A DNA stretch of 63,119 nucleotides, filler included, from Octopus bimaculoides (Eukaryota), in assembly GCF_001194135.2 (NCBI RefSeq). It is 5 parts of 4 records of this genome, joined end to end, with 100 filler letters (N's around TTAATTAATTAA, not from the genome) between each part and the next. Parts side by side here need not be neighbours in the genome. Positions count along the whole stretch, not along the records: positions 60,504 to 63,119 come from NW_026317508.1; 4 more parts are not named here. One strand, written 5' to 3'. Shown here one piece after another: positions 61,558 to 63,119 of the stretch. Within the stretch, counting starts at the first letter, position 1; every line of letters begins with the position of its first letter. The notes beneath the pieces were generated by a model that was not told the origin of the DNA, searched no databases, and saw only the letters and a program-made list of their open reading frames with translations. The position numbers and the translations under genes are program-made.

Positions 61558-63119
61558 TATGTGTCTATATGCTATAATAGAAAAAAAAAACTGATTATTA
61601 ATTAGGTATGTAACAATTACTAAACGTACTAAAGGAAGGCATTCATTAGAGGGGTGACAGTCTGGAAATATTTTCATAAATTCATGTTCCAAGAAATTTC
61701 CTCTAATTTCGATTTCTCAAATTCATTGAATTTCTCGCAAATTTGAATATTCATTGCATTCAGTGCGGAGTATTCCATTTTCATTTGCAAAGTCTCTCAC
61801 GTTCTCTCTTAAGTTTCAATNNNNNNNNNNNNNNNNNNNNNNNNNNNNNNNNNNNNNNNNNNNNNNNNNNNNNNNNNNNNNNNNNNNNNNNNNNNNNNNN
61901 NNNNNNNNNNNNNNNNNNNNNNNNNNNNNNNNNNNNNNNNNNNNNNNNNNNNNNNNNNNNNNNNNNNNNNNNNNNNNNNNNNNNNNNNNNNNNNNNNNNN
62001 NNNNNNNNNNNNNNNNNNNNNNNNNNNNNNNNNNNNNNNNNNNNNNNNNNNNNNNNNNNNNNNNNNNNNNNNNNNNNNNNNNNNNNNNNNNNNNNNNNNN
62101 NNNNNNNNNNNNNNNNNNNNNNNNNNNNNNNNNNNNNNNNNNNNNNNNNNNNNNNNNNNNNNNNNNNNNNNNNNNNNNNNNNNNNNNNNNNNNNNNNNNN
62201 NNNNNNNNNNNNNNNNNNNNNNNNNNNNNNNNNNNNNNNNNNNNNNNNNNNNNNNNNNNNNNNNNNNNNNNNNNNNNNNNNNNNNNNNNNNNNNNNNNNN
62301 NNNNNNNNNNNNNNNNNNNNNNNNNNNATCCCAACATTTTCAAGGCTATGGTTTAAAAAAAAATGGGGAAAATCCCCGAAAATATTTTCCCTTAAATTTC
62401 TTTACAATCGTAATCGATGCTCTTTGTATAAATTTTCATTTTATACATCTTCCCGAAAGTCATAAGAAAAAGCAGTCAAATGGTTGGAATTTTCCGATTC
62501 TCCTCTCTCTACCCCTGGTAAAATTTCTTTCCCATAAATCCCTATATACTCTGAAGCGACAACATTTAAGCGGTATTTGTAGAAAACTTTGTTAAAAAGT
62601 AACTTTTTTCTGGATATTATGAGGCAACAAATTTGGGGGCGAATACATCTGTAGTAATCCGATTTTTTCATTTCATATTTGTTTCATTCATTGTTTGCAA
62701 TTTTCTTTCTATCCCCACTCTGCCTCTCTCTCATACACATACACACGTTGCAAAGCCTGCAGATGGACTGCTGAATTGAAATATCTATGTTGCTTTGAGG
62801 GAAAGGTAAAAGTTGAGAAATTGCTTCTCCGTCTGTTGTTGGACTACCACAACGCTTGTTAAATAAAGAGAAATTATGACTGTGATAGAATAATGAAAGC
62901 AATATTTGCTAAGTAAGTGATCACTATTATACAAACAAATAATTAGACGTATCATATAAAACTTATTAGAATGGGGAATTAATGCAAAAATATTAAGGGG
63001 CCAGCAGAAAAACGCCAGGAGTTCGGTCTTTCTGCGATTATATATATAATATATATGCATATGTATATAAATATATATATATATATATATATGCATATGT
63101 ATATATATATATATATATA

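Noticed and set aside
62760-62812. Possible 43-nt exon (ctgcag|...WTAELKYLCCFEGK|gtaaaa)
   Set aside because: The splice sites are plausible but the peptide is unrecognised and there is no partner exon; too weak to call.

Overview
This is eukaryotic, AT-rich, repeat-dominated animal DNA from a gapped draft assembly. The SINE, microsatellite and MITE content looks like Octopus (inferred from repeat recognition, not from a database search). Only one host gene is recognisable: the last two coding exons of snRNP Sm E (SNRPE; + strand, 50456-50534 and 52411-52469) with canonical splice sites and an AATAAA at 52799. Its 5' exons were not found and probably lie in a nearby gap. The rest is mostly transposon debris: a near-complete DD34D mariner (1743-3138), other mariner fragments and MITEs, and fragments of R4/Dong-like, HERO/NeSL-like, Tx1/L1-like and CR1-like non-LTR retrotransposons. 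There are also a hAT relic, Helitron-like ends, about four tRNA-derived SINE families, a tRNA pseudogene and many microsatellites. There is no CRISPR array, rRNA or prokaryotic operon, and most listed ORFs are artefacts of microsatellites or N-gaps. I did not find a clearly new biological system. The best leads are a fossil CpG-methylation boundary near 49.9 kb, a 127-nt near-perfect hairpin (59125-59251), a 511-bp foldback element, a Penelope-type hammerhead-like motif, an NRF1/ETS/YY1 CpG island, a perfect RFX X-box, and candidate non-coding exons on the minus strand.
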